A DNA stretch of 64,000 bases from Tubiluchus corallicola. Its lineage: Eukaryota > Animalia > Priapulida. This document shows positions 12,701-26,700 of this stretch, one piece after another. The stretch is from NCBI GenBank assembly GCA_030141605.1, contig JAQGDQ010000005.1:372001-436000 (forward strand), in the 5' to 3' direction. The translations under genes were made by a program, and so were the position numbers. The notes beneath the pieces are model-generated. The model searched no databases and was not told the DNA's origin. It worked only from the letters and a program-made list of their open reading frames with translations. Each line of letters starts with the position of its first letter. Positions within the stretch are counted from its first letter, which is position 1.

Positions 12701-13350
12701 CAGTAAAACTCAACACACCAATGTTTTTTGTGACAACATGTTGCACCTTGGTTCCACTCTGACATCTAATTTGATAACACTCTTATTAATAACTTTTATA
12801 CCTACTGGAACATAGGCGTATGTAAATTTTGGCATTTACCATACCGAACTCACAGATTCTTGTTACCTCATTTATCGGGTATGCTTCACCCGAGCACCCA
12901 GTTTGAAATCAGATTTGTAAAATTATTTATGTCATGTATTAATAGAAGTAATACGCTTGTGAACTTTTTTGCGAGAAATGCAGAATACTCTGTGCAGTCA
13001 ACATTGGGTTACAATCTGCAATTTATTAAATGTAAATATAATGTTAACTATGACAAATGTGATTATTTAAAATTAAAAGCTTCATCATATCATATGTAAG
13101 AAAGCCAGAGAGCTTACAGGGCACAAAGCCTCATGCTGTTGAAGATGTTTTAAATGACTTAACCAGAAGTGAGTTTTCCTTTCTAGACAATCTGCAATTT
13201 AATGATATTCTACAATAATTACGTTGCAAATAATTTGTGATCCTGTAATGTAAAATCAAATTCAATATCGTACATGTATGTTCGTTAACGGCACATTTTA
13301 TTTGTGTAAAGGTATGAGTTTGTTTTATTGTTTTATTTATTTATTTACGC
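9720..13350 (+). mobile_element. Decayed near-full-length non-LTR retrotransposon (LINE, CR1/L2 group, Daphne-like), antisense in an RBMS intron
   Basis: ORF1 remnants 10006-10978; ORF2 remnants with AP-endonuclease motifs (ICTFN, GRPYGG, IGGDFN, IDHF, NLSDHSPI), RT motifs (DASKAF, YADN) and C-terminal WHLPYRTH; many stops and frameshifts; (TTTA)n near 13333-13347. Ends approximate. Confidence 0.85.
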
Positions 13351-13511
13351 AATAACTGACTACCACTTATACTACACTTGGCCAAGTTAAAGAACACTAA
13401 ACAACCTACACTAGGTAACTTAATTTATAAACATTTGTCCCAAAAATTGCTTCCAAAATAGGTGTCCAGCTGCTGACTGGCATAGGTTAATTGGAAAAAT
13501 AAAATACTTAC

Positions 13512-13675
13512 TGGTGACACAAGTTATGTAGATCTTTATCAGTTGTGTTCTGTGTGAGACCGCGGATATATAGATTAGTTTTACTTAGTGACTCCCCTCC
13601 ACCGCTACTACTTTGTGATAGACTACTAGATGAAGACGTAGTGGTGCCGGGCATGGTTCGTGACTGGGTGTATGC
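13512..13675 (-). CDS. RBMS1/2/3: RBMS-family exon: Ser-rich segment and start of RRM1 ([26 protein letters not shown])
   Basis: [11 protein letters not shown] is the RNP2 signature of RBMS/MSSP/Shep RRM1; tttacag acceptor and CA|gtaagt donor (phase 2). Confidence 0.93.
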
Positions 13676-13923
13676 CTGTAAATAAACCATAAATTTAAGT
13701 GCAAAGTCACAAATCATACCCACAATTATCAGATTAATTTACAGATCCACAATTGGGTGAAAGTTCTCAACAATTTTTAATAATTATATTCATAACTGGA
13801 CTGACATCATATAGCTCAGTCCACAGTAAGCTCCATAACTTTTCTGACATGGTACCTGAATTTATCACTTATTGAAATCAAGTCTTCTGCCTCTGATGCA
13901 AACTTTTCCAATATAAACTTGGA

Positions 13924-16203
13924 CATAGGGTGTCAATAGTATTTTCCATACATCGTCTCTTAAACATCGGATTTTATGAGCCCAGGATGTTTGGATACAG
14001 AAAAGTTAGGATAGAGGTTGACTGGGTGTCATGAAGGGTGTACAGACGTTCCGAAACAGACATATGGACACAGGATGTTTCGCCGTAAGGCACTTTGGAC
14101 ACACTGGTAATTTGGACACAAGGTATTTTGGACACATAGACTATTTGGAATCACAATATGGAGTCACAAATTTGCCAGCATGGCTGACTATGACCAGTAA
14201 TCTGAACAAAGCTTATTGAAGAAAGCACTGAAGCTATCTATCCTATAAGAAATTCAAAGCAACATAATCTGTAAAAGAGTACAAGAGCTACGACAAGTGC
14301 ACAATGGTATTTAGATGTGAGAGCATTTATTCCAGAGGTATCAAAATGAGTTGTTTATTGCATCGAATTGTGATTGCTGGTTGATCGGTTCTCAGGAAAG
14401 TAACCAAGCATTTGTTTTCAGGGAAGTTAGGCTTGCAGATACTAATTATAATTGTAAATATTATTAATGTACCATGTGACTGTGTTGCGTTAATGTACTT
14501 TTTTGTACGAATAAATAAATAAATAAATAATAATATCAGCAGGCGGCGATGGTAACTGTGGCGAAAATGCTGAAATTTATTCATACCTGCGGCGACTGTT
14601 GTTCATCACGCAAAATTGTTCAACACACGCCAAACTGTATTTTCCAGGAAATACTTCTCTTCCAATGTTCATTGTTTTAACTTAATTAATACATAAACAC
14701 CTTACTATGCTTAGTCTGTGATGCATTATTATTATTATTATATTTAAGAATGGCATTTCTCAGTTTCTCAGTGACGCTGTCACAAGCGCCTACCCTACCA
14801 GTCACATCTACCGCTGCTAGTCAGTCGCCGCAGCTACCGCCACCACATGCGAATATCCGCATGCTATGAAAGCGCCCTAACATTTATGTAATTTTCGACA
14901 CGCAGTCCGCAGTTACTGTTCGGGAAGCTGAGTTCAAGGTAACTTGAAAAAAGCCCTAGGTAACTAGACAGTATATCATTTATTTGATCCCATTTTTGAT
15001 TGATTAGCAGCCCCTTGAATTTTGCAAAAAACAGTTTAAATTCAGCCGTTCCCATGACGTCAAATTAGTGTCCAAATAGGTTACGGGATGTTCAAATATC
15101 CAATGTGTTCAAGGTCCTGGTGTCTAAATAATTTATGCGTCCAAACTAATCTATGTGTTCAAATGACCTTGTGTCCAAATTGCTTGTGCCCAAATAACCC
15201 ATCTGACCAAAATACGTATCGAAATAGCCTGTGTCTAAAACTCCTGTAATCGTCGTCAAGGAGTAGACAAACGTAGGTTGAACAAAAGATGTAATGCTTT
15301 GCCAAGAACAAAATTTCTAAGTCAGATAATAACCATTTACTTAATTGGCGATTATTGCACAGGCTGCACATTTCTACATATTGTACTAATTTTTAAACTC
15401 TAGGTTAAGTCAGTACTATGCACTAACTCACATAAATAAGATTTACAACTTCTGATATCCTAAGATTATCAACGTCATATTTAGCTCTCCATACGTAGTC
15501 ATCAATGAAACGGATATTAGCTCGCATATTTCACGTGTTTATGCAATATCAATTATTTCAATCATTTCACAAATTTTAACTTAACTAAACTGACTCAATT
15601 GTTTAGATCACAAATACACATGAAGGCACATATTCTGAAAATGTGAATAAATACGCATTTCTATACGAATTCAACTAAATCAAGTATCAATAAACTTAAA
15701 TAAACAAAAACACTATTTAAATTAGATAGCGTAAGAGTGACATTAATCAGATAGCTCTGACAGGTTTCTTAAGAAATGGTTGTCAAAACAATGATCGCAA
15801 AATTAAATAGAATGAGCTAAAAAACTGGTGTCATGAATAAAATGACATCCCCACGCCATATACTTATATAGAAGGTGCCAGTTCACTAAGTAAAGTAGCA
15901 ACATTTAGTTTGTTTCACTTGCACATCGCGTTCATTCAAGCAGAGTGTTAAGAAATAAGCTGAATCAAATTGAGAGTAAAGACTTGAAAGGCGTGTTAAG
16001 CACCCGTGAAATTTAAAATTTGTCAATGTCTACAGAATCCGTACTTCCCAGTGTCCAAATGATCTTGCTGCCGATGCCTTCCTTTATGACAAACTGCTCT
16101 GTGTCTAAACTGGTACGTATTAAAATTTACCTGTGTCTAAAACTCAAATCTCCCACATCACAACATTTTCTGTCTAAACCCTATTTCCAAAAGACATCCT
16201 ATG
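13924..16203. mobile_element. Foldback-like element with inverted arrays of TTTGGACAC / GTGTCCAAA subrepeats
   Basis: Ends CATAGGGTGTC...GACATCCTATG (one mismatch); left arm has ttggacac units (13990-14150), right side has gtgtcyaaa units (15068-15240, 16050-16180). Confidence 0.5.
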
Positions 16204-16769
16204 GGCAGTCAATTCAAGGCATTTGAAAAAGAAAGGACTTATTATCCTCGTCTACAGTAACTGTGCGCCCTATTGGATTACACCAAATGACTGTCATTAC
16301 ACTGGACCTGCTGCCATAATTTATACTGCTCACGAGAATCATTAATATTCTTGACTGAAATGATGAGTCGACTCAGATGATCATTACACGCACAACATTC
16401 CTGTTGTTTGAGCCACAGCAGATACAGCACGTGATTGAGCTGTACTCAATGAGTCAGTGAAACCTAGCCAGAGTTTGTGTTAACAGGCGGATCCTCACAA
16501 ACGTTAGATGACATTTTGTAAGCTCTTTACCCTTTTTAATTTCGTGAAGTTATAAATGTCATGTAGTAAGTCTGTGACGATCGCACAATTTGTATATTTT
16601 TACATTTAATAGTTTTTAAAACTGCCTAACCACGCTAAGGCACTATACTGACTCATGAATAACCGAGCTCCACACTTTCTGGTATCTAAATTAGTAATTT
16701 AGCGTATGTATCCGTATATACTAAACGAAATCTAAATTGCATATTTTATGTCTAGTTTAGTCTAGTCTA

Positions 16770-16880
16770 TGGTTTAGTGATAACGCGTCCGATTTCCGTC
16801 TGGGAGGTCGATACTGCAGTTGGGTCATACCAAAGATTTTAAAAATCGTATCTGCTCTTGCCCTGCTGGACTTAACATAA
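16770..16880 (+). mobile_element. tRNA-derived SINE-like copy (MetaSINE-like core)
   Basis: A-box-like tggtttagtg head followed by GGGTCATACCAAAGATTTTAAAAAT...CCCTGCTGG; a related copy is at ~30320-30403. Confidence 0.55.
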
Positions 16881-18005
16881 GTGATACTTATGCTAAAACT
16901 GGGATAATATATGTAATAATCTCTCTTATGTAGGTATAGTTTTGTTATTTACCATCGTCGATGAGCGCCTCACGACAGGCTAGTTTTATAAATTGAATTA
17001 AAAGCCGACTTTAAGTAAAGATTATTATTATCTACAAATTCTTTGAACATTTTACTACTTTTAACACAAATTTTATCAATTGTTCAGAACATAAAGGCAT
17101 AAAGACATCCCATCATGAAACGAAGTCAACAAAATGAAGTAACAACAAACTTAAATAATCAAAAACACTATTTAACATTTGAAACTTCTGTCCAACTTCG
17201 AAAAAAGACGTCAAAATCCAAGTCATAAATTCTTAATCAGCTCTCCAGAGACCAGACACCACAATCACATATGTCAAAAGCTTTCGTAATTAACAGTGGA
17301 GACACTAGAAGGTACCATTATTAGCAATTCCGAAAATATTGGATGTACGTTATTAGTGTCCTGAAATAATAAACACTTGATACCAATTAAAAACTAGATC
17401 GCACCTCCTCTTCACGCGCATTCTGTATATGAAACTTTGCAAGCTTCGTCTAGTAATCACGGTAAAGACTTTACCCTAGAATGTTTTCTTGAGAACACCG
17501 TCTAATTTTTTTGCGTTTGCTATAAAATAGTGAAATGGCAGTTTGACAAAATGTAGTAAGTTTACGCACTATAAGTAAACACGAAACTGGAACCCCGAAT
17601 AAAGACTGCTGAAATCTGTAAAGTAAACATTGACTACTTTAAGTCAATGTTTGAAAATTCAAAATTGTTTACCACTCGTGTCTAATTTGAGAATGGATAG
17701 GCAAAATCTAAAAATATTTTTTTCGTAAAATAGGGAATAATCGGACATCAAATAAGACCGACTGGATATATGTAGTTAAGTTTGACACGGAACTCTCAAC
17801 AGGGCCACAATATGACATTTTAGTGGTTGGAAATTTGCTAAAAATCTTAAAACTGCAAAATGTGTCACCACGTGAAAACGGGACTTAATATGAATTAAGT
17901 CCAGTTGAGTTAGAGCTGAGCTTTATTTGAATAATAGCTGGAGGGTGAGTACTCACTAGCTGGTCTATGTCTAACGTGTCTGCTCTGGGTCCAAACTTTC
18001 TCGCA

Positions 18006-18310
18006 TTCAATATTCCCCCGAGTTCAAACTTTCCAAACAGGCTTATGTCAAAAGGGAAAAAAGGGAATTCAAAAGCAAATCCCAAAAAAAATTGTATACA
18101 GAGTTGTAGTACTCTGCATTGCACTTACCTTTCTCAAAGATCTATGTAATTTTCCCGTGTTCAATATTTCCTGAGTTCAAACTATCCAAACTGGCTTGTG
18201 TTAAACAGGAAGAAAGCAGAATTTAAAAGTATATTCTAATAAACTTTAAATACAAAGTTTGCATTATTTAGCATTGCACAAGTCTACTTTTTTCAAAGAC
18301 TTATGCAATT
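18006..18310. repeat. Diverged ~154-bp tandem duplication
   Basis: ttcaatattcccccgagttcaaactttccaaacaggcttatgt at 18006 recurs as ttcaatatttcctgagttcaaactatccaaactggcttgtgt at 18160. Confidence 0.8.
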
Positions 18311-21300
18311 ATTAATAATTTAAAATTCTCAATTAGTTAAAATGTTAGTGACAAATGGTAAAACGTTACTGTAGCACCCCATCCCAGTGTACACCACTGC
18401 CTCACCAAAAACACATCATTGATCTTACTGACGAGATAAAGTAATTTGCACGTTTGCTTAGTTAGCGAAGAGTGTGCTACGAACGTTTTGATTACTTTTT
18501 CAAACTTAATGCAAAGCTACCTTTCTAAACTTGTTTCAAACGACTAAAGCTGAGTTACCGCTAACACAAGCTCTGTATGTAATAAGAGAGTATGTAAGCA
18601 ATACAAAATTTGGAGGTCAATTTTTTAAGCTTTATAATGAAGAATGTTTTCTTGTCCTTTAAACTTGACCCGTGTCAAACTAATCCTCGTGTTCAAACGT
18701 TCCCGCGTTCAGATGTCTAAACATCTGCGTCTACCCTTTCAGGGGGCTCAAAAAGAACCGTGAAGAAAGACCCTGACGAGACTTCTTTGGGTCGCAAACG
18801 AAAATGCTCATAGCGACCAACAATACCGCACAACGATTTGAGGTCCTCAGTGCGTATTTAATAAATTTCAACGTCATATCATCAACTCTAAAAGCATAAT
18901 ATAAACTGCAACAAATAATATTGCCAATGTAGTGCCCAATGTAAGCAAAAACATCAAATACTAACGATAACTCACGTAACGAATATTAGAATATATAATG
19001 AAGTCTATTCTGTATCAACTCTCCAGTACTGACACGCAAAAAACGGAGCGGAATGAAATAATGGCTCAAGACACCAAACAACGTTAACAGTTACTATGTC
19101 ATGCCTATATGTATATACAAATGAATAATTCACAGCAAAAACTTCTTTGTGTAGGCTGAACATTTCAGTAAACACACCCTAGGCGAAGTCACGTGCAAAA
19201 CATTCGGCGTCGGTTTTTAGATTTATATGAAAATGAATCTTCTAAACAAAAACACAGTTTCGTTAAATAAACTGCTGTGACGAGCGGCTGACTGTCGGTT
19301 AAACAAAAATTGGAAAAAATGAATGTAGGGTTTATTCTAGAAACCAGTAAAGCGACTTTCGCCAAATACGTTACGTACAGTGAGAATATACTGTATATGG
19401 TAAAAATGTTAAAGTTGACTTGCAAAGTATTACGAAAATTGAATGTAAAAAAATGGAGTTACATTACTCCCACTAATGGAACGGACAAAACAACAGATAA
19501 AGAACACGAAAAAAGGATAAAGAATTTCGGATGCTGCCCCTCTACGAGCCCTCAAATTTTGCACGAAAGAATACATCCGCGGATACATGTGTTCCTGGTA
19601 CTTATACCATGCTCAATTCTACCAGACGTGCTATAAACAAGTTCAATTCCCAAAGTGCAATGTGATCAATGACGAAGCGCTGGCCGATAAATTTCACTTG
19701 AATTATAATCAACCCAGCTCATACCCTCTCACAAAATGTTTCTACGCCATTCACTGGTTACTACACAAAATGCTTTAAAATCTAAAACTGGACTGACGAT
19801 TCCAGACCTCTCCAACTTGCCATCAGGACTTTCCTGAAATACACTACTTCCTATATACAACCCTGAAAGTATTCTAAAAAATGTCGTCAGTATCGTCATT
19901 GCTGTCATTACTACCATCCAAATTTTCATTATCCTTTACTATTACCATCATTACAAACAACAGCACCACCAATAACCAAAACGCCTATCAGCATTTGCAT
20001 CGGTACTAGTACCATTACCGGCGCCACCGGCATAAGAAATATATGAACGAGTCTTGATAATTCCTCTGACATGTTATATATAATTTAATGAAAAATATGG
20101 GCAAGTTAGCTAAAAGCTATGAACAAAAATGCAAAACGGTCGCCTGTGACAAAGTGTGCAGTTTGGTAGGAAATAAGCCATTTAACCCCTGCAAATGTTG
20201 CAAATGTGCGTCACAAAAATTCTAAAAATTTAGATCATAATTACACATCACTGTGCCACTGTTTTTGAAATGTCAGTAATTAGTTTATCTACATTGAAAT
20301 TCTACAAGCATCTAACAAATTAACAATGAAACTAATGGCAAGGAGGTAACGTGTGAAAATTGTCAATAAACAGACTTGTGCTCTGTATTTCCCTGGATGT
20401 CTGTTTTGTCTGTTTGCACAACGCTAGTAGGACTATAAAACTATAAACTATAAAAGCTTGCACAAGTTGAATTTAGAAAAAATGCGCAACAGCTCGCTGA
20501 ACATTACCAGTTCACTAAATAAAGCCTCATGCAGTTTGCATAGTCATTTTCTGAAATCGCTAGCACAAGATGTTATATTTTTCAACAAATACATGTATAT
20601 GTATATCCATGTCTACTAGAAAACAGCCAACAAAATATTTAATAAAATTAAATATTTGCACCCATGACTTATATTATCATTTGAAGAAAGAAGCAGTGAT
20701 TTACTGTTTTACACAGGCAAAATTGGCATATGCACTTTATTCCTACACCAGACATGCAGGCAGACACAATTGACAGGAAAAATACAGAGCAGGATATATT
20801 TGGAAAGAATTAAAAAACATTTACACTTATGCAGTTGGTGAACTTCTCTGAGTAAAAAATTTGTCCGGTTCTTTGCCTGAATGCTCCGTCGCTTGAGCGA
20901 GTATATAATGCTAGTATATTTCTAGTACAATTATCGGATTAAAGCTTTCACTGATCCACATATACAGTTTTCATTAGGGGTCATATGGGGTTATAGGTAA
21001 GTAGTGACTGTGCACAGAAACACCTGTTTTATTCTAATAGTAGAGCTTGAAATGCTAGAAAAAACTTGACTTTGTAGATCCAAAACCTAGGCTAACTAAA
21101 ACCTAAAACAAACCTTAAATCAACGCATTAGTAGGTATTTAATCCCCAGTCAAAATGCAATAGCAGTTTTAGTAAATTTAATTCACATTGGTTAGCTACT
21201 TAGTTTTTTTAGCAGAGTTACCGGTTATTTCGCGCGGTTCTTTCGGTATTGCACTATTTTACATGGGCACCAAACATTCTCAACATCGTGCAAAAGCAGG

Positions 21301-24300
21301 CTGTTTATAATGCTTTATAAAAATTCGAAAGAACTCATATACAAATGCATCTACATTTAAAATCAGAAATGCGTGATTGCGACCCATTTCCAAGAAGCTC
21401 CCAAAGATTGAGCTGAACCAGCTGTTAGGACATTCTGTATCTCTGTTTAGAGAAACTAAAATGCTCTACCACATGTCAAACTGCTATAAGCCACATCCCA
21501 CAGCTCTTCAAGTACTAACAACGCTCGGTGATGAGTAATAAAACGAATTAACGCACATAGCAGCAACTTCACTAAATACAGCTCTTTCCTAAAAGAACTC
21601 CTAAAAACATTGGTCAGCGGAGACGTTAGCAGAAGTCTTTGTAACTACTTACTTATGTCTAATTTTGTTTTATTAGTTACGAAAGAAAAGAAAGGTGTGA
21701 TCATTTAGTAAGTTAAGTTAATCTAAAATCCACTTTACACACTAAGCAGTGCGGCAGAACGCATTATATAGGAAAATATGTACATTTCATGCATTTTGCT
21801 TCAACGAACTTGGACGACAGCTAGGCCGTGTACAAAAACATCAGGTGTGTATATATTACCATTACTGACACGAGCGGTACAGCAGACCGTAGTCGTGCCA
21901 TTCCAACAGTCGCGCACCTAAATACTTATTTGAATAGGAAAACACTCAAACAACAAAAAGTCTAAAGTTTCATACACAATGAAACAGTGCAAACATTTTT
22001 TCCAAAGTTCGTGGTTGTTCACTTATACATAAAATACCTTCGACCCTCAAAACAGTTAATTGAGTAAACTGTCAACTGGCAAGCGACAAGAAAAGGAAAA
22101 CTAGCGCACAAAAACATCACAGATATCAATCTGTTGAAAAGAAAATCAGAAAAAGATTCCATTGACATCCATTATTCTCCCCCCGCCTGTAAATGCCGAC
22201 TTTAATAGTGTATTGAACTTTGTGGAAAATATGGCAGCCGAGCCACTGCAGGCTGTGTGTTTAACTTGTGTTTAAAGTGACTCTGATATGATCATCTAGC
22301 CAGAGGCAAGAAAAATGTTTTATGAGGACTGTACCCGTGACCTTTTTGTGGCAAGTTCTATAGGGTAATACAATAAAAATAACATAAGAGATAAAATGTA
22401 GTACAGTGTAACCGTAAGAACGAGACAGTAACATATAAAGAAATTTCACAAACTCGAATGACTTTGATGGCCGGTCTTGTAACAAATGCTGATTTTTTTA
22501 AATCGCACCAATCCGTGAAAACGCATACAAGCGTAGAGACGTGAAACGAGAAGATATTTTAGCCTGCGTGCCTCAAACTCAACAACCGAGACCACAGGGC
22601 TGCCTTCCAACATTGACTTAAGAACAAAAGCACAGGCAAAGTCCATTGACATGATTTTTAGACAGCGTAAATCCAATCCCTTACTCCGGCTAAGTGGCAA
22701 CCAGCCTGGTACTTTCCCCATGTTCCTCTGCTCTCGAGTGAATAAGAACAAAATGGAAAACAAACACTGTACAGCGCCTCTGCCCATATGGCTGAACTTT
22801 CATTACCATCAAGTTCATTGTGTCACACAGAGTATAGGATTCGCAACGCCCCTTTTCGCCAACTTAAAACTGTCTTTATTATTCAAAGTTTATTTTCTGA
22901 TAAATCAATTCAAACACAATCAAACACAGCCTTGAGCTCATTAGTACAGTCAAAGAAGAACGACAACTAGAAAAACGAAAAATAAGCAAAAAAGCCATGA
23001 CTTAAAGCAGGCCATAAATACTTCTATAATGCTATATCAAGAGGTTTTCCATTTGTTAGTGATTAGTGTTTCAGTTAGTTCACTTTCCAAAAATTAAAAT
23101 CTATGCTTGTTCCTAGGGAGTATAGCTTGAAACCAACAGATGTTTTTAAAGGTAAAGATTTACAACAAACTTTTCAAGCTTGAATTAAAATCTGATATGA
23201 GTTCTAATGACATAATATCAGGTGGAGGTCTGGTTCGTATTAAAAGGCCATAAGGGTATTGGTTTTAATCGAGAATTTTTTATTACGTAGCTTATAGTTG
23301 CACAACTGAAAACTCAGGACCCAAGAGAAGCCCAAAGATAAGAGTCGTTTCTTTCAGGCAATATAACATTCAACATATAATATTCTCTGCACAGCCCAGC
23401 AATATAACAGTTTCATCAAAACAATTTGACTCATCCAATAATAACCAAAAAATTTACTCGAATGAGTCTGGATGAGTCAGTAAGTCATCATAGAGCTTAT
23501 AAAATTGTCCTCTCACTAATCACTGACTACTTATTGGGTAAACCCAATATTTCCAGTGTCTATTTGTTTTTTAATGAGTTAATAATATACGCATACATGC
23601 AACATCTTCAATTTCCATATTGCAGCCTTCAACAGAAATAATAGAGAATTATGCAAAACATGTGAACGGCTAGGTGAACTATTCAACCCTTTATAAGCGA
23701 TGTACTAATATTTGGGACCTTATAATCGTAGCAGTTTGCCCTGGTTCTGTAGGGTTTAAACAATTAAACACTAGAGTGACTGACAACACTGTATCACTTG
23801 AGGGCACCCTGGAACCTAGTAAGTCCTACGTATAAAAAAATACTGCAGGTGATTTTTAGTTGCAACCTAGCAAGTCCATTAATTTAAAAAAACACTTTAA
23901 ATGTTTATTTCCCTTTTTACAGAATAATAGAGCACTCTTTGCATGTATTTGTTCCAAATTTTTAAGGCAATCCATTAAACTGTTTCTTGGCAAGCGAAAC
24001 ACAGTTTTTTCCGTTTTTCTTAAAACTAGCTGAAGTGGACTTACTAGGTAATTACAGAAAATGGGAGTGTACTGATCTACTAAAATTTCAATAAGTAACA
24101 TTCATTATCTTCGACTTATTTGAACTAGATACCACTTTAATAATGAGGTAACTTGCCAAAAAATTGCAAATGAAATGAATTTTGGTAGTGGTTACAAATA
24201 TAGTTTTGCACACTGTTCAAATCTATGTACAAATTCTACTATTGTATAGAATATCTTCATCTGGAAGACCAAAGTCATCACTTTAACCAACAATACAATA

Positions 24301-26454
24301 CATATGTAACAGCTTTTATCATTATTCATTCTTTGCCAAACAGCTTCTGTTTTTCTTAAATGGCAACAATATTTTAGAAACTACAGCACCACTTCACTTT
24401 TAAGACCGTCTAAATTCCCACAACGACAAAATAAATGTCAATTCAGTAACTATAATTTTTGTATGTAAGTCGATGTAAGTTTTACAGACAGCGAATGACA
24501 ACCTGGACTTAAAAATTTCTAAATGAAGACAGTATCAATCAGTCACAAAGAGCACACTTTAAGAGTTAGTCATAGAAACCCACTACAGTAAATCTCACTA
24601 TATGCATATGTTTGGGTTTACCAACCAACAAATATGTATTTCCACTTTCCAGTATAATTTCATAGTTCCTAATTGGGGCGCCTATAAGTAAAATATTTTT
24701 GAGAATTGTCACAAAAAAGCAAATTTAGTTTTCGAATATCTTATAAATAACTTATATGTCATAAATACTGAGAACTGTTTTTCCTATAAATTACTGTTTC
24801 ACAAATTAAAAATAACAAAGCGGCAGTAAATAACTGAGAACAGAGAACCATTATTTGACTTAATCCAAACTAAGGACTTGTTAATCTTAAAGCATGCCAG
24901 GGAACGAGCTATTAAAAGCAATTTTAACATAATAAACATAATAATTCAGATTAAACTAAATTAGCTGCAATGAAAAAGGATTTTGCAAGTAAGTACTTTG
25001 ACTTCTGGGCAAGTGGATAAAGGTCCTTCACCTTCACTTAAGCACAGTACACTATGTCGAGATGCGAGTTTAACTTTGCTCTAAAACATGGAAATAACAA
25101 AGAATTTTGATGTTGCCCAATTTTTATGCTGCCTAATTTTTTCCAAACAGGCTCACCTAAATTCTCGATTGTAAACACAAAAAATCCACATCAGTTAAAA
25201 TCTATAAGCAAATATTGATGCATATGGGAAATGCGGCATGCTTCTATAGACAGTAAGAGTTAAATTTTTGATTTAATGCTATCAAGTGCTACTCCCTATT
25301 GCGCCGTCAGAATAGGAGAAAAGTGATATTAAAACACTCCTATTAATGACCGAGATCAAAACAACTATTTAAGAAGTACATAACTCTGTGGAAAATAGAA
25401 GAATTTCCAGAAAGTTCAGCATTCTTCAAGCTCAAGTTACAGGATTTCACAGACAACACACACATTCCCCAGCTGAGTCTATGCCACCACATGCACACAA
25501 AGCGCCAGGGAAGATTCAAAGAGCTAATTCCGTCCAAACAACATCTGTTTTTCTCATACAAGCTTCAAAAATTTATATTTCACGATGAAGTCACATAAAT
25601 TCATTTCTGAATACTTGATGCAATAAGCATGACAAATTGAAAATGTAACATCATCTGTCTGCTAAAGGCCTCGTTTTAAGTGTGCCACGCTAAAGATTTA
25701 CATTAAAGACTATTTAACTTGAGATACAAACTACAGTACAAAATGTTAAAATGTCGCAAAATACAATAAAATTTTGGAAATTGAATGAAATATAAATAAT
25801 GAGCCCAACTAAGTTTCAACGTGCCTGCACTTTGAACTGACATCATGGTATTATTTGTAATTTTTTGCTGTAGTGTACATTCATATATTCACACAGGCTC
25901 GCAATCAGTTCAGTTTTCACAGTTTGATCTTTTGAAGTGTGGTGTTACATTTCACCTATTCATTTATTTATTCTACATTACCAGACAAAGTAAGCCTCAC
26001 GATTTCCGTTAGAAATGACTTTGAATACTTAAAAAGTGTACAGTGCAAGAATTTACTGTTTTACTCAAGAATAACTAACCCAGTAATAAACTGATGTACA
26101 ACAAGCTTAGGATTACCAACTTAACCCACATTATCATTTGTAAGTGCTGTAACTATCACCGTATTAATGTTCCGGTCTAAAGAAATTTTATGTATGCCAC
26201 AGTAGTCGAAGTTGTGGATATCAATGCCTTATTAGTCCAATCAGGATTACTTGCAATAAAGTTCAACTGGCATACCTGGCAAATTAGCAAGTCCAATCAA
26301 AATTTTCAGTTTTATTGTTTATTGTAAAAAAAGTAAGGTACCATAATGAAAAATAATTGATGTGTATCATAGCTGTAATATTATAAAAAAATATGATCAG
26401 TGTAAAAAATAAAAGCGAGCAGTCAATTATAATGGCGAGTTCAGATGTAGAGAC

Positions 26455-26700
26455 CTCTCGCAACTTGTTGCGCAATTTCTCTCAGAGAATAAAGTCGCAC
26501 GTGTGAACGGACTGGCAACTTCTCTTGCAACTTGTTGTGCGACTTCTCTCTGAAAGTAAAGTTGCTTGGCAACTTCTCTAGCAACTTATTGCAAATTTGG
26601 CGAGAGTTAACTTGTGCAATAAGTTGCGAGAGAAGTTGCCTAGCAGTTCACATGTGCGACTACTCTCAGAGAGAAGTTTCCCAACAAGCTGAAAAGAAAT
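26455..26700. mobile_element. Palindromic MITE-like hairpin
   Basis: gtcgcacgtgtgaacggactggcaacttctcttgcaacttgttg is the approximate reverse complement of caataagttgcgagagaagttgcctagcagttcacatgtgcgac; internal gcaacttctct subrepeats. Confidence 0.65.

Noticed and set aside
16355-16470. ATGATGA box C-like motif suggesting a snoRNA
   Set aside because: Antisense to the host gene, with no matching box D or terminal stem found.
22446-22935. Overlapping ORFs in a CpG-richer patch
   Set aside because: No homology or convincing splice signals; possibly regulatory but unsupported.
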